A stretch of 64,000 bases of DNA, from assembly GCA_050734425.1 (NCBI GenBank), contig JBOHUL010000021.1, positions 140-64,139 of the forward strand, given 5' to 3'. How positions within the stretch are numbered: position 1 is the stretch's first letter; the number at the start of each line of letters is the position of its first letter. The notes under the pieces are model-generated. The model was not told the DNA's origin. It was given only the letters and a program-made list of their open reading frames with translations, and did not search any database. The stretch comes from Candidatus Dormibacteria bacterium (GTDB lineage: Bacteria > Chloroflexota > Dormibacteria > Aeolococcales > Bog-877). This document shows positions 1 through 9,076 of the stretch, piece by piece. The position numbers were made by a program, and so were the translations under genes.

Positions 1-212
1 ACGGGTCCAGTGGTGTAGTCTAGGGCTAGAGGCAAACATGAGTTCGTGCCAAAGTATATCGAAGTGCTAGAGGCGGTGGTGGGACAACGTTTCCCCCGCC
101 AGCCGCTAATTTAGCGCCCGAGTAGCCATCCCCCGACCACGCGCGTGACGCCTGGGCGGCCGCCCCACCCGCAGTGATCCCGTGAGCGCTGTGGGAGAGC
201 GCTCAGGCTACT

Positions 213-248
213 TAGGCTGTCACTTTGGCTGTCAGTTAGGCTGTCATT
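213..248. repeat. Three tandem 12-nt units T(A/T)GGCTGTCA(C/G/T)T, with a degenerate extra copy at 203-212
   Basis: Read directly: taggctgtcact / ttggctgtcagt / taggctgtcatt at 213-224, 225-236 and 237-248. The stretch is non-coding and lies beyond the 3' end of tRNA-Ser. Confidence 0.8.
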
Positions 249-312
249 CGTCGTCGGGAACTGCCGCCGACTTAGCGAGAGTGTCTTCGAGGGGCGGATT
301 CCGATCTCAAAA

Positions 313-402
313 TGGCGGAGGGAGAGGGATTCGAACCCCCGGAAGCGTTGCCGCCTCAGCGGTTTTCAAGACCGCCGCAATCAACCACTCTGCCATCCCT
401 CC
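313..402 (-). tRNA. tRNA-Ser (anticodon UGA), long variable arm, CCA encoded
   Basis: The reverse complement reads GGAGGGATGGCAGAGTGGTTGATTGCGGCGGTCTTGAAAACCGCTGAGGCGGCAACGCTTCCGGGGGTTCGAATCCCTCTCCCTCCGCCA. It has a 7-bp acceptor stem, the anticodon loop CT-TGA-AA, a long extra arm and a GGTTCGAATCC T-loop. Confidence 0.93.
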
Positions 403-695
403 GTAAACCGAACAATGACGGAATCGAAGCTCACGTCAGTCTGGCCGCACTGCGCGCGCCGACTGGCAGCACTATAAAGCGCCACGAGGTAAGCGGTTGG
501 AAAGACCACTGCCCGCCGATGGGGACCCAAGTGACACAGCAGCCAGGTCCCACCGAACAACACGATCAACCCCACCACCGCTGCCGTTAGGCTCATCACT
601 CACCTCTAGTGCGGTCCGGTCTTTGCCGGTCAGCGCCGAGATGCCCCCTGATGGGCCACACCCTACCATCCTCCTCTACCCAACCGACAGAGATC

Positions 696-1493
696 TCACT
701 CGTAGTAGTCCGGCGCCTTACGCACCGTGCTCCATTGGTCTCGGTCGTGGCCATATAACACGGTGGCGTCGAGACCTCGCGCCTTGTCAAGCAGGATCTG
801 AGCACTGCTCCGAGCTTGGTCCGGATCCATGTGCCCCTTCCAGGCCTCGAAACCGAGGTTGTCCTGGTCGTAAATGGCGTCGCCGCAGATGACTATGTTC
901 TGTCCGCTCTCCAACTGCACGAGAACGGACTGGTGGCCGGGAACGTGGCCGGGAGTGGGGATCACCGAGAGTCCGTCCCCCAAATCCGACTCGCCGTCCA
1001 GAAGATCGAAATGAACACCCGCCAGACGCCAGTACTGGTTGGGGAAGGAGGCATTGTCCAGCGCTACCTCGTACTGCTCCCGCTGGACGTGGACCGTCGC
1101 GTTGGGAAAGGCGTCGTTGTTGCCGGCGTGGTCGAAGTGCAGATGGGTGTTGACCACGTCGGTGATGTCAGTTCCTCGCAGCCCCAGGGCCGCCAGGCGG
1201 TAGTCGACCGTGTCCTCGATTCGCATGACCGGCCGCAGCACCTCTGCCGTGGGGGTGCCCCGCCATGTCAGATCGGGGTCACTGACGTGGTCGCGGTGGA
1301 TGCCGGTGTCGATCAGGACCCGCCGCCCGCCGTCGGTCAGGAGCAGGAAGCCGCAGATGGGGATGTGGATCCTCTGGCCGTCGCCGTGTCCCGGGGTGAG
1401 GACCGAACCCTTGTCGCAGCAGGCCTCGCCCAAACTTAGAGCCAGAAGCCGCCTCACCGGCTCAAGCTCCCCACCGACCGAGGCTGGCCACAA
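696..1493 (-). CDS. MBL-fold metallo-hydrolase (N-acyl-homoserine-lactonase-like)
   Basis: 265-aa ORF with the canonical HxHxDH motif (THLHFDHAGNN) and downstream His/Asp ligands (TPGHVPGH). The exact start is uncertain. Confidence 0.8.
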   Translation of the reverse strand: MWPASVGGELEPVRRLLALSLGEACCDKGSVLTPGHGDGQRIHIPICGFLLLTDGGRRVLIDTGIHRDHVSDPDLTWRGTPTAEVLRPVMRIEDTVDYRLAALGLRGTDITDVVNTHLHFDHAGNNDAFPNATVHVQREQYEVALDNASFPNQYWRLAGVHFDLLDGESDLGDGLSVIPTPGHVPGHQSVLVQLESGQNIVICGDAIYDQDNLGFEAWKGHMDPDQARSSAQILLDKARGLDATVLYGHDRDQWSTVRKAPDYYE

Positions 1494-1505
1494 GTCCCTG
1501 ACCTC

Positions 1506-2798
1506 TCACTGCGGCGACCCAAGGGCGGCGCCCTTCGCAGCGACCCCCATCTCCTCGAGACCACCCATGTAGGGGATCAGCGCTGGCGGGATTCGGACCG
1601 TGCCCGCCGCCGTCTGGTAGGACTCGAGGACGCAGTCCAAAGTCCTGGGCAGGGCCAGGGCGCTGCCGTTCAGGGTGTGCAGGAACTCGGGCTTGCCCGA
1701 GTCGCCCCGGAAGCGGAGCCGGGCCCGCCGGGCCTGGAAGTCGGCGAATACCGAGCACGAAGAGACCTCGAGGAACCGTCCCAGACCCGGTGCCCAAGCG
1801 TCGATGTCGTACTTCTTCCACTGGGCGAAGCCCATGTCTCCGGCACACATCAGGCGCACCCGGTAGTGGAGTCCCAGCCGCTGAAGCACCGCCTCGGCGT
1901 CCGCCACCAGCGACTCAAGTTCGTCCAGGGACCCATCGGGCCGGACCAGCTTCACCAATTCCACCTTGGCGAACTGGTGAAGCCGGATGTAGCCCTTCGT
2001 GTCCTTGCCGGGTGCCCCTGCCTCGCTGCGCCAGCATGGGGTGTGGGCCACGAGACGGATGGGAAGATCCGAACCCGCGAGCACCTCGTCCCGGTATAGG
2101 TTGGTGAGCGGCACCTCGGCGGTGGGGATGAGGAAGCGATCCCCTTCGAGGACGTGGAAGGCGTCCTCCTCGAACTTGGGAAGGTTGCCGGTTCCGACCA
2201 TGGCCTCCCGGTTGACCAGGTAGGGCGGCAGGATCTCGGTGTAGCCGTGCTCCCGGGTGGCCAAATCCAGCATCAGCTGGGCCAGAGCCCGCTCCAGCAG
2301 CGCCCCCTGCCCTCTGAGCACGGCGAAGCGGCTCCCCGCCAGCCGCACCGCCCGGTCGAAGTCGAAGACCCCGAGCCCCTCGCCGAGCTCGTAGTGGCTC
2401 TTGGGCTCGAACTCGAACTTGGGCGGCTCGCCCCAGCTGCGGACCACCAGGTTGTCCTCGTCGGTCTTCCCGTCGGGCACGGACTCATGCGGGAGATTGG
2501 GCACCAGCAGGAGCAGCGACTGGAGCGTGGCCTCGAGGACGCGGCGCCGCTCCTGCAGACCCTGGATCTGGCGCTTTAGCTCCGCCAAAGCTCCCCGGGC
2601 GGCAGCCAGGTCCCCACCTCGAGCCAACTCCGCCGAGGCCAGATTCTGCCGCTGCCGCAGCCCCTCCTCCGCCGTCAGCAGCTCGCGGTGGTTCCGATCC
2701 ACCTCCAAGATCTGGTCCACCGGGGCCGGCTCACCCTTGCGTTCCGCTCCCCGCCGGACCAGGCCCGCGTTCTCGCGGATGAAGGTGAGCGCCAGCAT
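1506..2798 (-). CDS. serS: Seryl-tRNA synthetase
   Basis: 430 aa. It has an N-terminal coiled-coil arm (MLALTFIRENAGLVRRG...) and a class II core (FLIPTAEVPLTNLY, CWRSEAG, GSALALPRTL). Confidence 0.95.
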   Translation of the reverse strand: MLALTFIRENAGLVRRGAERKGEPAPVDQILEVDRNHRELLTAEEGLRQRQNLASAELARGGDLAAARGALAELKRQIQGLQERRRVLEATLQSLLLLVPNLPHESVPDGKTDEDNLVVRSWGEPPKFEFEPKSHYELGEGLGVFDFDRAVRLAGSRFAVLRGQGALLERALAQLMLDLATREHGYTEILPPYLVNREAMVGTGNLPKFEEDAFHVLEGDRFLIPTAEVPLTNLYRDEVLAGSDLPIRLVAHTPCWRSEAGAPGKDTKGYIRLHQFAKVELVKLVRPDGSLDELESLVADAEAVLQRLGLHYRVRLMCAGDMGFAQWKKYDIDAWAPGLGRFLEVSSCSVFADFQARRARLRFRGDSGKPEFLHTLNGSALALPRTLDCVLESYQTAAGTVRIPPALIPYMGGLEEMGVAAKGAALGSPQ

Positions 2799-2857
2799 CG
2801 CCTCAGGTTAGGGGATCGCCGCGGGCGGCCCGGAGGGCTGACCCTTCCCGAGACGGC

Positions 2858-4375
2858 TCAGCCCGCGGCGTCCGTGTCGTCGCCCTCCGGTGCGCCGCTG
2901 CGCAAAGTCGGGAAGAGGACCACCTCGCGGATGCTCTTGGCACCGGTGACCAGCATCACCAGCCGGTCTACGCCGATGCCGATGCCGCCCGCGGGCGGCA
3001 TGCCCTGCTCCAGCGCCTGGACGAAGTCCTCGTCGAACGGTTGCGCCTCCAAGTCGCCCCCCTCGCGGAGCCGCGCCTGCTCCAGCAGGCGCCGCCGCTG
3101 TTCGACGGGGTCGTTGAGCTCGGAGAAGGCGTTGGCCAGCTCCCGTCCCTGGGCCACCAGCTCGAAGCGTTCGACGAAACGCGGGTCCGGGCCCAGGCGA
3201 GCCAGTGGCGACACCTCGACGGGATAGTCGGTGACGAAGACGGGCTCAGTGAGCCGGGGCTCGATCAGCTGCTCGTAGGCGGCGAAGAGCATCTGTCCCG
3301 AGGAGAGCCCGGGCTCAAGCTGCACGTGCTGGTCCTGGAGCTCCGAGGCCAGGCGGGCGGGCTCAGCCCAGAGCCCGTCCCAGTCGAGGACGGTCGCCTC
3401 CGCCACCAGGGCCGCCATCGGGCGCGACGGGAAGGGCGGGTGGAGCTCGCGGGTCGCCTCCACTGATTCGGCGTCGGCAGTGGCCCCGGCCTCGACCGCG
3501 GCCAGAACAAGCGCCTGGCAGAGCTCCTTCATCGAGTTCAGGTTGCCGTAGGCCTCGTAGGCCTCAAGCAGGGTGAACTCGGGATTGTGGCGGGGCGAGA
3601 GGCCCTCGTTGCGGAACACGCGACCCAACTCGTAGGCGCGGTCGAAGCCCCCGACCAGGAGCCGCTTGAGGTGGAGCTCGAGGGCGATCCGCAGGAACAG
3701 GTCCTGACCCAGGGAGTGGTGGTGGGTGCGGAAGGGCCGGGCCGAGCCGCCGCCGGGAATGGCTTGCAGCACCGGGGTCTCCACCTCGAGGTACCCCCTC
3801 TGATCGAGGACCCGGCGGAGGGCCTGGATCACGGCACCGCGGCGGCGGAAGATGTCGCGGCGGCGGGGGTCCGAGAGCCACTCCAGGTGGCGCCGGCGGT
3901 AGCGCTGCTCCAGGTCGGTCAGGCCCCGGACCTTGTCCGCTGGAGGCCGCAGCGCCTTGGCCAGGAGCGTCAGCCGGGAGAGCTGTAGCGACGGTTCGCC
4001 GCGCCGGCTTCGCAGCAGCCGGCCCTCCGCGCCTACGATGTCCCCCAGGTCGAGCAGGGCCAGCTCCTGGACCATGTCGCCCTCGGGGGCGTCCCGGGCC
4101 GCCAGCAGCTGCAGGCTGCCGCTGGAGTCGTTGAGGTCGGCGAAGGCCACCCCCCCGGAGCTCCGCAGCCGCAGGATCCTGCCGGCCAGACGAGCTTCCT
4201 GCCCCAGCGCACCAGGTTCTTTCGGAACCAGCTGGGCCGCCGAGGCACAGCTCAGCGTGGGACTGAAGTCCTGCCCCCAGGGGGGATGCCCCGAGGCGCC
4301 GAGCGCCTCCGCCCGGCGGCGGCGCTCGGCCATGATCTCCGACAGCGCCCGACCGCCCGCGGGCGGCTGGGTCAC
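2858..4375 (-). CDS. lysS: Lysyl-tRNA synthetase, class II
   Basis: 505 aa with class II motifs (FRNEGLSPRHNPEFTLLEAYEAY, GGIGIGVDRLVMLVTG). The GTG start overlaps the greA stop as GTGA. Confidence 0.95.
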   Translation of the reverse strand: MTQPPAGGRALSEIMAERRRRAEALGASGHPPWGQDFSPTLSCASAAQLVPKEPGALGQEARLAGRILRLRSSGGVAFADLNDSSGSLQLLAARDAPEGDMVQELALLDLGDIVGAEGRLLRSRRGEPSLQLSRLTLLAKALRPPADKVRGLTDLEQRYRRRHLEWLSDPRRRDIFRRRGAVIQALRRVLDQRGYLEVETPVLQAIPGGGSARPFRTHHHSLGQDLFLRIALELHLKRLLVGGFDRAYELGRVFRNEGLSPRHNPEFTLLEAYEAYGNLNSMKELCQALVLAAVEAGATADAESVEATRELHPPFPSRPMAALVAEATVLDWDGLWAEPARLASELQDQHVQLEPGLSSGQMLFAAYEQLIEPRLTEPVFVTDYPVEVSPLARLGPDPRFVERFELVAQGRELANAFSELNDPVEQRRRLLEQARLREGGDLEAQPFDEDFVQALEQGMPPAGGIGIGVDRLVMLVTGAKSIREVVLFPTLRSGAPEGDDTDAAG

Positions 4376-4839
4376 GCCACCTTGAGGATCTGGACCTGGC
4401 GGGCCCCCCCCGGGGTCTCGACCTTGACCTTGTCTCCGGTGCGGCGACCGAGGAGCGCCTTGCCCACCGGTGACTCCAGCGAGATCCGGCCCGAGCTGGC
4501 GTCGACCTCGGCCGGGCCCACGATGGTGTAGGTGGTCTCGCCGAACTCGTCCTTGACCTTGACCGAGGAGCCCAGCTGCACCGAGCCGTCGGTGTGCTCG
4601 TCGGTATCGATCAGGCTCGCGTTGCGGACCATTTGCTCGAGTGTCAGGATCCGCCCCTCGACAAAGCCCTGCTCGTTCTTGGCGTCCTCGTATTCGGCGT
4701 TCTCGGTCAGGTCACCGAACTCCTTGGCTGCCTTGATCCGCTGGGCTATCTCCGCCCGGCGCTGGTTGAGCAGGTGGTCCAGTTCTTGGCGCAACTTGGC
4801 CAGGCCTTCTTGGGTGAGGAGTACCGGCTTCTCCTGCAT
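4372..4839 (-). CDS. greA: Transcription elongation factor GreA
   Basis: MQEKPVLLTQEGLAKLRQELDHL...DLTENAEYEDAK...ISLESPVGKALLG. I placed the start at the internal ATG at 4839, because the upstream part of the 178-aa ORF is low-complexity. Confidence 0.9.
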   Translation of the reverse strand: MQEKPVLLTQEGLAKLRQELDHLLNQRRAEIAQRIKAAKEFGDLTENAEYEDAKNEQGFVEGRILTLEQMVRNASLIDTDEHTDGSVQLGSSVKVKDEFGETTYTIVGPAEVDASSGRISLESPVGKALLGRRTGDKVKVETPGGARQVQILKVA

Positions 4840-5099
4840 CGCTCTATCTGCTCCTCGCCGGCCGCCGCCGGCACTACCTCGGGAGCCCAGGGCCAAGTCC
4901 GGGCCCACGGGCTGGGGATGCGAAGTCTACCGAACGCCCGTCCTGGCGGCAAGCGAGGGGACGAGGGGCGGTGGGTCATTTTGGACGTCAGTGTGCTTGG
5001 GCCGGTCCTTCGATCCGCTGGTCAGGCCCCGCTGTTCCAAGTCAGTCGACCGCGGCGCGGTCAGCCCACTCCGCTTCGCCGCCTGCGATGCTACCGCGG

Positions 5100-5489
5100 A
5101 TGGAGCAGCGCGTCAGTCTCGTGACCCTTGGCGTCAACGATCTGGCCCGAGCTCGGTCGTTCTACGAGCGTCTCGGCTGGCGCGACGGCCACCAACCCGA
5201 CGACGAGGTCTGCTTCTTCCAAGCCGGCGGGTTGGTCTTCGGGCTGTGGACAGCGCTCGGTGGCCGCGGCGCTCCAGGGCTGGAGCTTGCCTACAACGTG
5301 CGCTCGCCTGAGGAGGTCAGCCATGTGCTGTCCGAGGCGGAGCGGGCCGGAGGCACGATTGTGAGGCCCGCCCCCCGGGCGGACTGGGGCGGGACGTCGG
5401 GGGCGTTCGCGGACCCCGACGGCTATGTGTGGGAGGTGACCCACAACCCGGACTGGACGCTCGTAGAAGACGGGACCGTCCACATCTAG
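5100..5489 (+). CDS. VOC (glyoxalase/bleomycin-resistance) family protein
   Basis: MEQRVSLVTLGVNDLARARSFYERLGW...DPDGYVWEV is a typical VOC fold signature. The start could also be the ATG at 5088. Confidence 0.8.
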   Translation: MEQRVSLVTLGVNDLARARSFYERLGWRDGHQPDDEVCFFQAGGLVFGLWTALGGRGAPGLELAYNVRSPEEVSHVLSEAERAGGTIVRPAPRADWGGTSGAFADPDGYVWEVTHNPDWTLVEDGTVHI

Positions 5490-5912
5490 CTCAGCGCGCG
5501 TCGATCCCCCGACTGGCGCCGCCCCGCGTCGGTGCTGCCGCCCCTTGAGCCCGAATCGAAGCGCGGGCCCTCCGCATTGGCCGTTGCCCAGGCCCTGCGC
5601 GGTCCCGCCTAGGTTGACGCAGCGTCGCGCCCACGGCTGGGGGCTCGGCTGAGTACAAAACGATCTCGACCTTATGGCCACGGAGTGTTGCCCTGCGGTT
5701 GGCGGCCCTGAGAGTCGCTGGGCCATGGCCCGGGGTCAACGAGGCAGGCGCCTCCAGGGAGGTCGCGGGACCCTGGGTCGCAGGCGACTTCCACATGTCT
5801 GTGTCGATTCCTTCACCACTTCGAAATTTGCCCACCCCCTGGCGGGGTGCTAGGCTTGGGTCAGCCCAGCGAGATGAAGATCTCCGGGCTCCCACCTCGC
5901 CCCCCCCTCTCG

Positions 5913-5941
5913 GGGCGTCCCTTTCGGGGGGCGCCCTTTTT
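5913..5941 (+). terminator. Canonical intrinsic terminator (9-bp GC stem plus T5) on the + strand
   Basis: GGGCGTCCC (5913-5921) pairs with GGGGCGCCC (5928-5936) with one G-T wobble, followed by TTTTT (5937-5941). It lies 424 nt downstream of the VOC stop and 16 nt from the coaX stop on the other strand. Confidence 0.5.
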
Positions 5942-5956
5942 GAGTTAAGAGGGACG

Positions 5957-6727
5957 TCAGCCCCGGTCGTGGTTGAGCAGCTCGACCAGCCGCAAACCTT
6001 CCAAGAGCACAAGGGGGTCGATGGCGTCCACGCCCCGCACCAGGGGCGCCACCAGCTGGGCCAAGCCGCCGGTGGCGATGACCTTGGGCTGCCCCCCCAG
6101 CTCCTCACGGATCCTGGCGATCAGGCCCTCGGCCTGGGCGGCCGCCCCGAACATGATCCCGGCCTGGACCGAGGCCACCGTGGTCCGCCCCAGGACGCGC
6201 GGCGGCGCCTGCAGGTCCACGCGGGGCAGCCGCGCCGCCCGCGCGAAGAGGGCGTCGACCGCGAGCTGCACCCCCGGGGCGATCGCCCCCCCCAGGTAGT
6301 CTCCCCTCTCGTCGATGGCGTCGTAGACGGTGGCGGTGCCGAAGCTGACCATGATCGCCGGGCCGCCGTAGCGGTGGTGGACCCCGACCGCGGTCACGAT
6401 CCGGTCGGCGCCCACGTCCCGGGCCGGGTCGTAGTGGATCTCAATCCCGGTCCTGGTGCCGGGGCCGACCAGGAGCGCCTCCACCCCGAAGTACTGCCGG
6501 GACATCTCCAAGAGCGGCTGGCTCAAGCTCGGCACCACGCAGCTGACGGCGACGGCGTCCACCGGCTCCTCCACGCGGCGCTGCCCCATGAACGCCAGCA
6601 ACTGGCTCCCGAGCTCGTCGGGGGTGGCGTCGCGGCGGGTGCTGAAGCGCCCGTGGGCGCGGAGCTCCTCCCCCCGGAATGCCCCGACGGTGACGTTGGA
6701 GTTGCCGACATCGATGGCGAGAAGCAA
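5957..6727 (-). CDS. coaX: Type III pantothenate kinase
   Basis: MLLAIDVGNSNVTVGAF... with 256 aa, matching the typical CoaX N-terminus and length. Confidence 0.9.
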   Translation of the reverse strand: MLLAIDVGNSNVTVGAFRGEELRAHGRFSTRRDATPDELGSQLLAFMGQRRVEEPVDAVAVSCVVPSLSQPLLEMSRQYFGVEALLVGPGTRTGIEIHYDPARDVGADRIVTAVGVHHRYGGPAIMVSFGTATVYDAIDERGDYLGGAIAPGVQLAVDALFARAARLPRVDLQAPPRVLGRTTVASVQAGIMFGAAAQAEGLIARIREELGGQPKVIATGGLAQLVAPLVRGVDAIDPLVLLEGLRLVELLNHDRG

Positions 6728-7128
6728 GCGTTCACTCCCCTCTGCTCGTCTGGCCCCAGTCCCCTGGGACTATATCGGTGCCGCACTCTCGGCCAGCGTT
6801 CCCTCCGATCCCGGGTGAGAGCATGTCCGGGTGAGAGCGCTCCTGCTCTGGGTGCTGCGGCGGCCACCGCGGGCCGCCCGGGGCTGCCTTCGCTTCTGCT
6901 GCTGCCTGCCTGGCGGCTGCTGTGTGGTCGTCATGGGAAGCCTGGCCTTGCTGGGCCTGGTGCTGGCCCTGGAGGTCCTGCGACATCTGTCCTGACCGGA
7001 TCCGGGGAGAGGAAAGAACCGGCCTCTCGGAGCTAACGGCGGGGAACCTGGGAGGAACGGCCCCACTGACCCCGACCGAGGCGCCAGCGGCCGGGCGCAC
7101 AACGAGGCCGACCCTGACCGAGAGACCC

Positions 7129-8145
7129 ATGCGGATCGGGGGGATCGAGCTTAGGACCCCGATCCTCATCGCCCCCATGGTCGGGATCACCGACCGCCCC
7201 TTCCGGGCCTTCGCCAGAGAGATGGGGGTCGGCCTCACCTGCACCGAGATGACTGCGGCGGCGGCCCTGGTGCGGGCGCCGGACGAGGTGGCCCGGCGGC
7301 TGCTGGACCTGGGCGAGGAGGAGAGTCCGGTCGCGGCCCAGGTGGTGGGCAGCGACCCGAGGATGATGGCCGACGCCGCTCAGATCTGCGTCGCCCTGGG
7401 GGCGGACCTGGTCGACGTCAACCTGGGCTGCCCCGTCCCCCGGGCGGTGCGGCTGGGCTCGGGGGCGGCCCTGGCCCGAGAGATCCCCAGGACCGCGGCC
7501 GTCCTCAAGGCCATGGCCGAGGCGGTGCCGGTGCCCGTGACCGCCAAGATGCGTCTCGGCTGGGACCGGGACAGCATCAACGCGCCCGAGCTCTGCCGCG
7601 CGCTGGAGGACGTCGGCGCGGCGGCGGTGACGATCCACGGCCGCACCCGCTGCCAGAAGTACACCGGCTTCGCCGACTGGGGGGAGATCGCCAGGGTCAA
7701 GGAGGCGGTCAGGCGGATCCCGGTGCTGGGGTCGGGCGACGTCCGTGACGGAGAGCTGGTGGAGCGCCGGATTCGCGCGGGGATGGTCGACGGGGTGGTC
7801 GTGGCCCGGGGAATGCTGGGCGACTGGAACTTTCTCGAGGACACGGTCAGCCGCCTCCGTGGCGGCGCTCCCCAACCAGGCGCCAGCTTCGGCGAGCGGC
7901 TCCGGCTGGCCAAGCGCCACTGGGACGCCCTGGTCGACCACCACGGCGAGGAGCGAGGGGTGAGGCTGAGCCGCAAGTTCGTGGTCTGGGCGATCAAGGG
8001 CTGCGCCGGGGCCGCCCGCCTCAGGGCCCGGGTCGCCGACATGTTCACCAGGGACGATCTGGAGCAGATCTTCTGGGAGATCCTGGACGCGGGCGAGGGG
8101 CCGCAGGGCTGGCACGTTCCCGTCTTCACCTCCGGCGACGGCTGA
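7129..8145 (+). CDS. dus: tRNA-dihydrouridine synthase
   Basis: MRIGGIELRTPILIAPMVGITDRPFRAFAREMG...DVNLGCP...HGRTRCQ. I chose the start at ATG 7129, because the upstream part of the long ORF is non-homologous. Confidence 0.9.
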   Translation: MRIGGIELRTPILIAPMVGITDRPFRAFAREMGVGLTCTEMTAAAALVRAPDEVARRLLDLGEEESPVAAQVVGSDPRMMADAAQICVALGADLVDVNLGCPVPRAVRLGSGAALAREIPRTAAVLKAMAEAVPVPVTAKMRLGWDRDSINAPELCRALEDVGAAAVTIHGRTRCQKYTGFADWGEIARVKEAVRRIPVLGSGDVRDGELVERRIRAGMVDGVVVARGMLGDWNFLEDTVSRLRGGAPQPGASFGERLRLAKRHWDALVDHHGEERGVRLSRKFVVWAIKGCAGAARLRARVADMFTRDDLEQIFWEILDAGEGPQGWHVPVFTSGDG

Positions 8146-8146
8146 C

Positions 8147-8533
8147 ATGGCCCGCGTGGGCCGCCGCCACCTGGTCTGCCCCTCCGGCTGCCCCTCCCAG
8201 CGCTTTGAGCTGGTGGGCGGACCGGTCTTCGTCGACAGCGCGGGGACCTACGTGAGCCACGACGACCGTGCCGCCAGCTTCCGTTGCGGCGAGTGCCAGG
8301 CGCTGGCCATCGACCTGGTTGCGGCCGCCCGCGCCCAGGCCCGTGAGGGCCGCTACTCGGCGGAGGCCACCCTGACCTGCCCCGCCTGCGGCACCTCGTT
8401 GCTCGCGCCCGAGACCGGAGACGAGTCGGCGGACCTGGAGTGCCCGGAGTGCGCCGCCATGTTCTCCTGGGACGAGGGACGCGCGTCGGTGCTGGGCCGC
8501 TTCACGGAGCGGCCGGGTGACGACGGTGATTAG
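8147..8533 (+). CDS. Hypothetical double zinc-ribbon protein
   Basis: 128 aa with four CxxC pairs (CPSGC, CGEC, CPAC, CPEC). It is tightly packed after dus, 1 nt past the dus stop. Confidence 0.5.
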   Translation: MARVGRRHLVCPSGCPSQRFELVGGPVFVDSAGTYVSHDDRAASFRCGECQALAIDLVAAARAQAREGRYSAEATLTCPACGTSLLAPETGDESADLECPECAAMFSWDEGRASVLGRFTERPGDDGD

Positions 8534-8554
8534 CGCCGCCAACGGACGTCCAGC

Positions 8555-9076
8555 GTGCGGGGAATGCCTCGTCAACTGCTGACCACCGCGGACATACTCA
8601 CCATCCTCGGTGCCACCACGGAGAGGATCCGCCAGTGGGTCGGGGGCGCCGCGGAGGCGGAGCTGCATGGCCATCCGGCGCCGGGTGAGTGGTCGGCCAC
8701 GGAGATCCTGGCCCACCTGCGGTCCTGCTCCGACGTCTGGGGTGGCGTCATCGAGTGCATCCTCGACCAGGATCACCCGACCATCCGGGCCGTCAACCCC
8801 GTCACCTGGATCGAACGGACCGACTACCGGGAGCTGAAGTTCCACGCTTCGCTGCAGGCCTTCTCGGAACAACGGACGCGGCATGTGAGGCGGATTGGGT
8901 CGCTGTCGCCGCGGTCGTGGTCCCGCTCCGCCACCGTGCTCGGGGGAGGCAAGCCGCTCGAGCTCACCGCCCATGCCTACGGCGCCCGATGGGCCAGGCA
9001 CGAACGGGTGCACTGGAAGCAGATCCAAGCCGCGCTCCAGCGGTCTTCCCCGGGAGCGAAGGGGACAGGATCGTGA
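8555..9076 (+). CDS. DinB-family (DinB_2-like) protein
   Basis: His-containing helices typical of the DinB superfamily (EILAHLRSCSDVW..., ARHERVHWKQI). 173 aa. Confidence 0.7.
   Translation: MRGMPRQLLTTADILTILGATTERIRQWVGGAAEAELHGHPAPGEWSATEILAHLRSCSDVWGGVIECILDQDHPTIRAVNPVTWIERTDYRELKFHASLQAFSEQRTRHVRRIGSLSPRSWSRSATVLGGGKPLELTAHAYGARWARHERVHWKQIQAALQRSSPGAKGTGS

Noticed and set aside
1-200. Possible structured RNA (SRP RNA, tmRNA, RNase P or 6S) adjacent to tRNA-Ser.
   Set aside because: I could not find any of the diagnostic motifs I know: no SRP GGAA/AGCA tetraloop region, no tmRNA tag or tRNA-like end, and no RNase P GAGGAAAGTCC. Only a weak GGCGG..CCGCC hairpin is present. The question is left open for an Rfam scan.
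381-599. A 72-aa minus-strand ORF with one hydrophobic stretch next to tRNA-Ser.
   Set aside because: Its 3' end overlaps the tRNA gene (381-402). It has no Shine-Dalgarno and no recognisable family, so it is probably a chance ORF.
313-2857. tRNA-Ser lying 1.1 kb from serS on the same strand, raising the idea of a T-box or coupled regulation.
   Set aside because: The serS upstream gap (2799-2857) is only 59 nt, too short for a T-box leader. An unrelated MBL gene separates serS from the tRNA. The adjacency is most likely coincidental.
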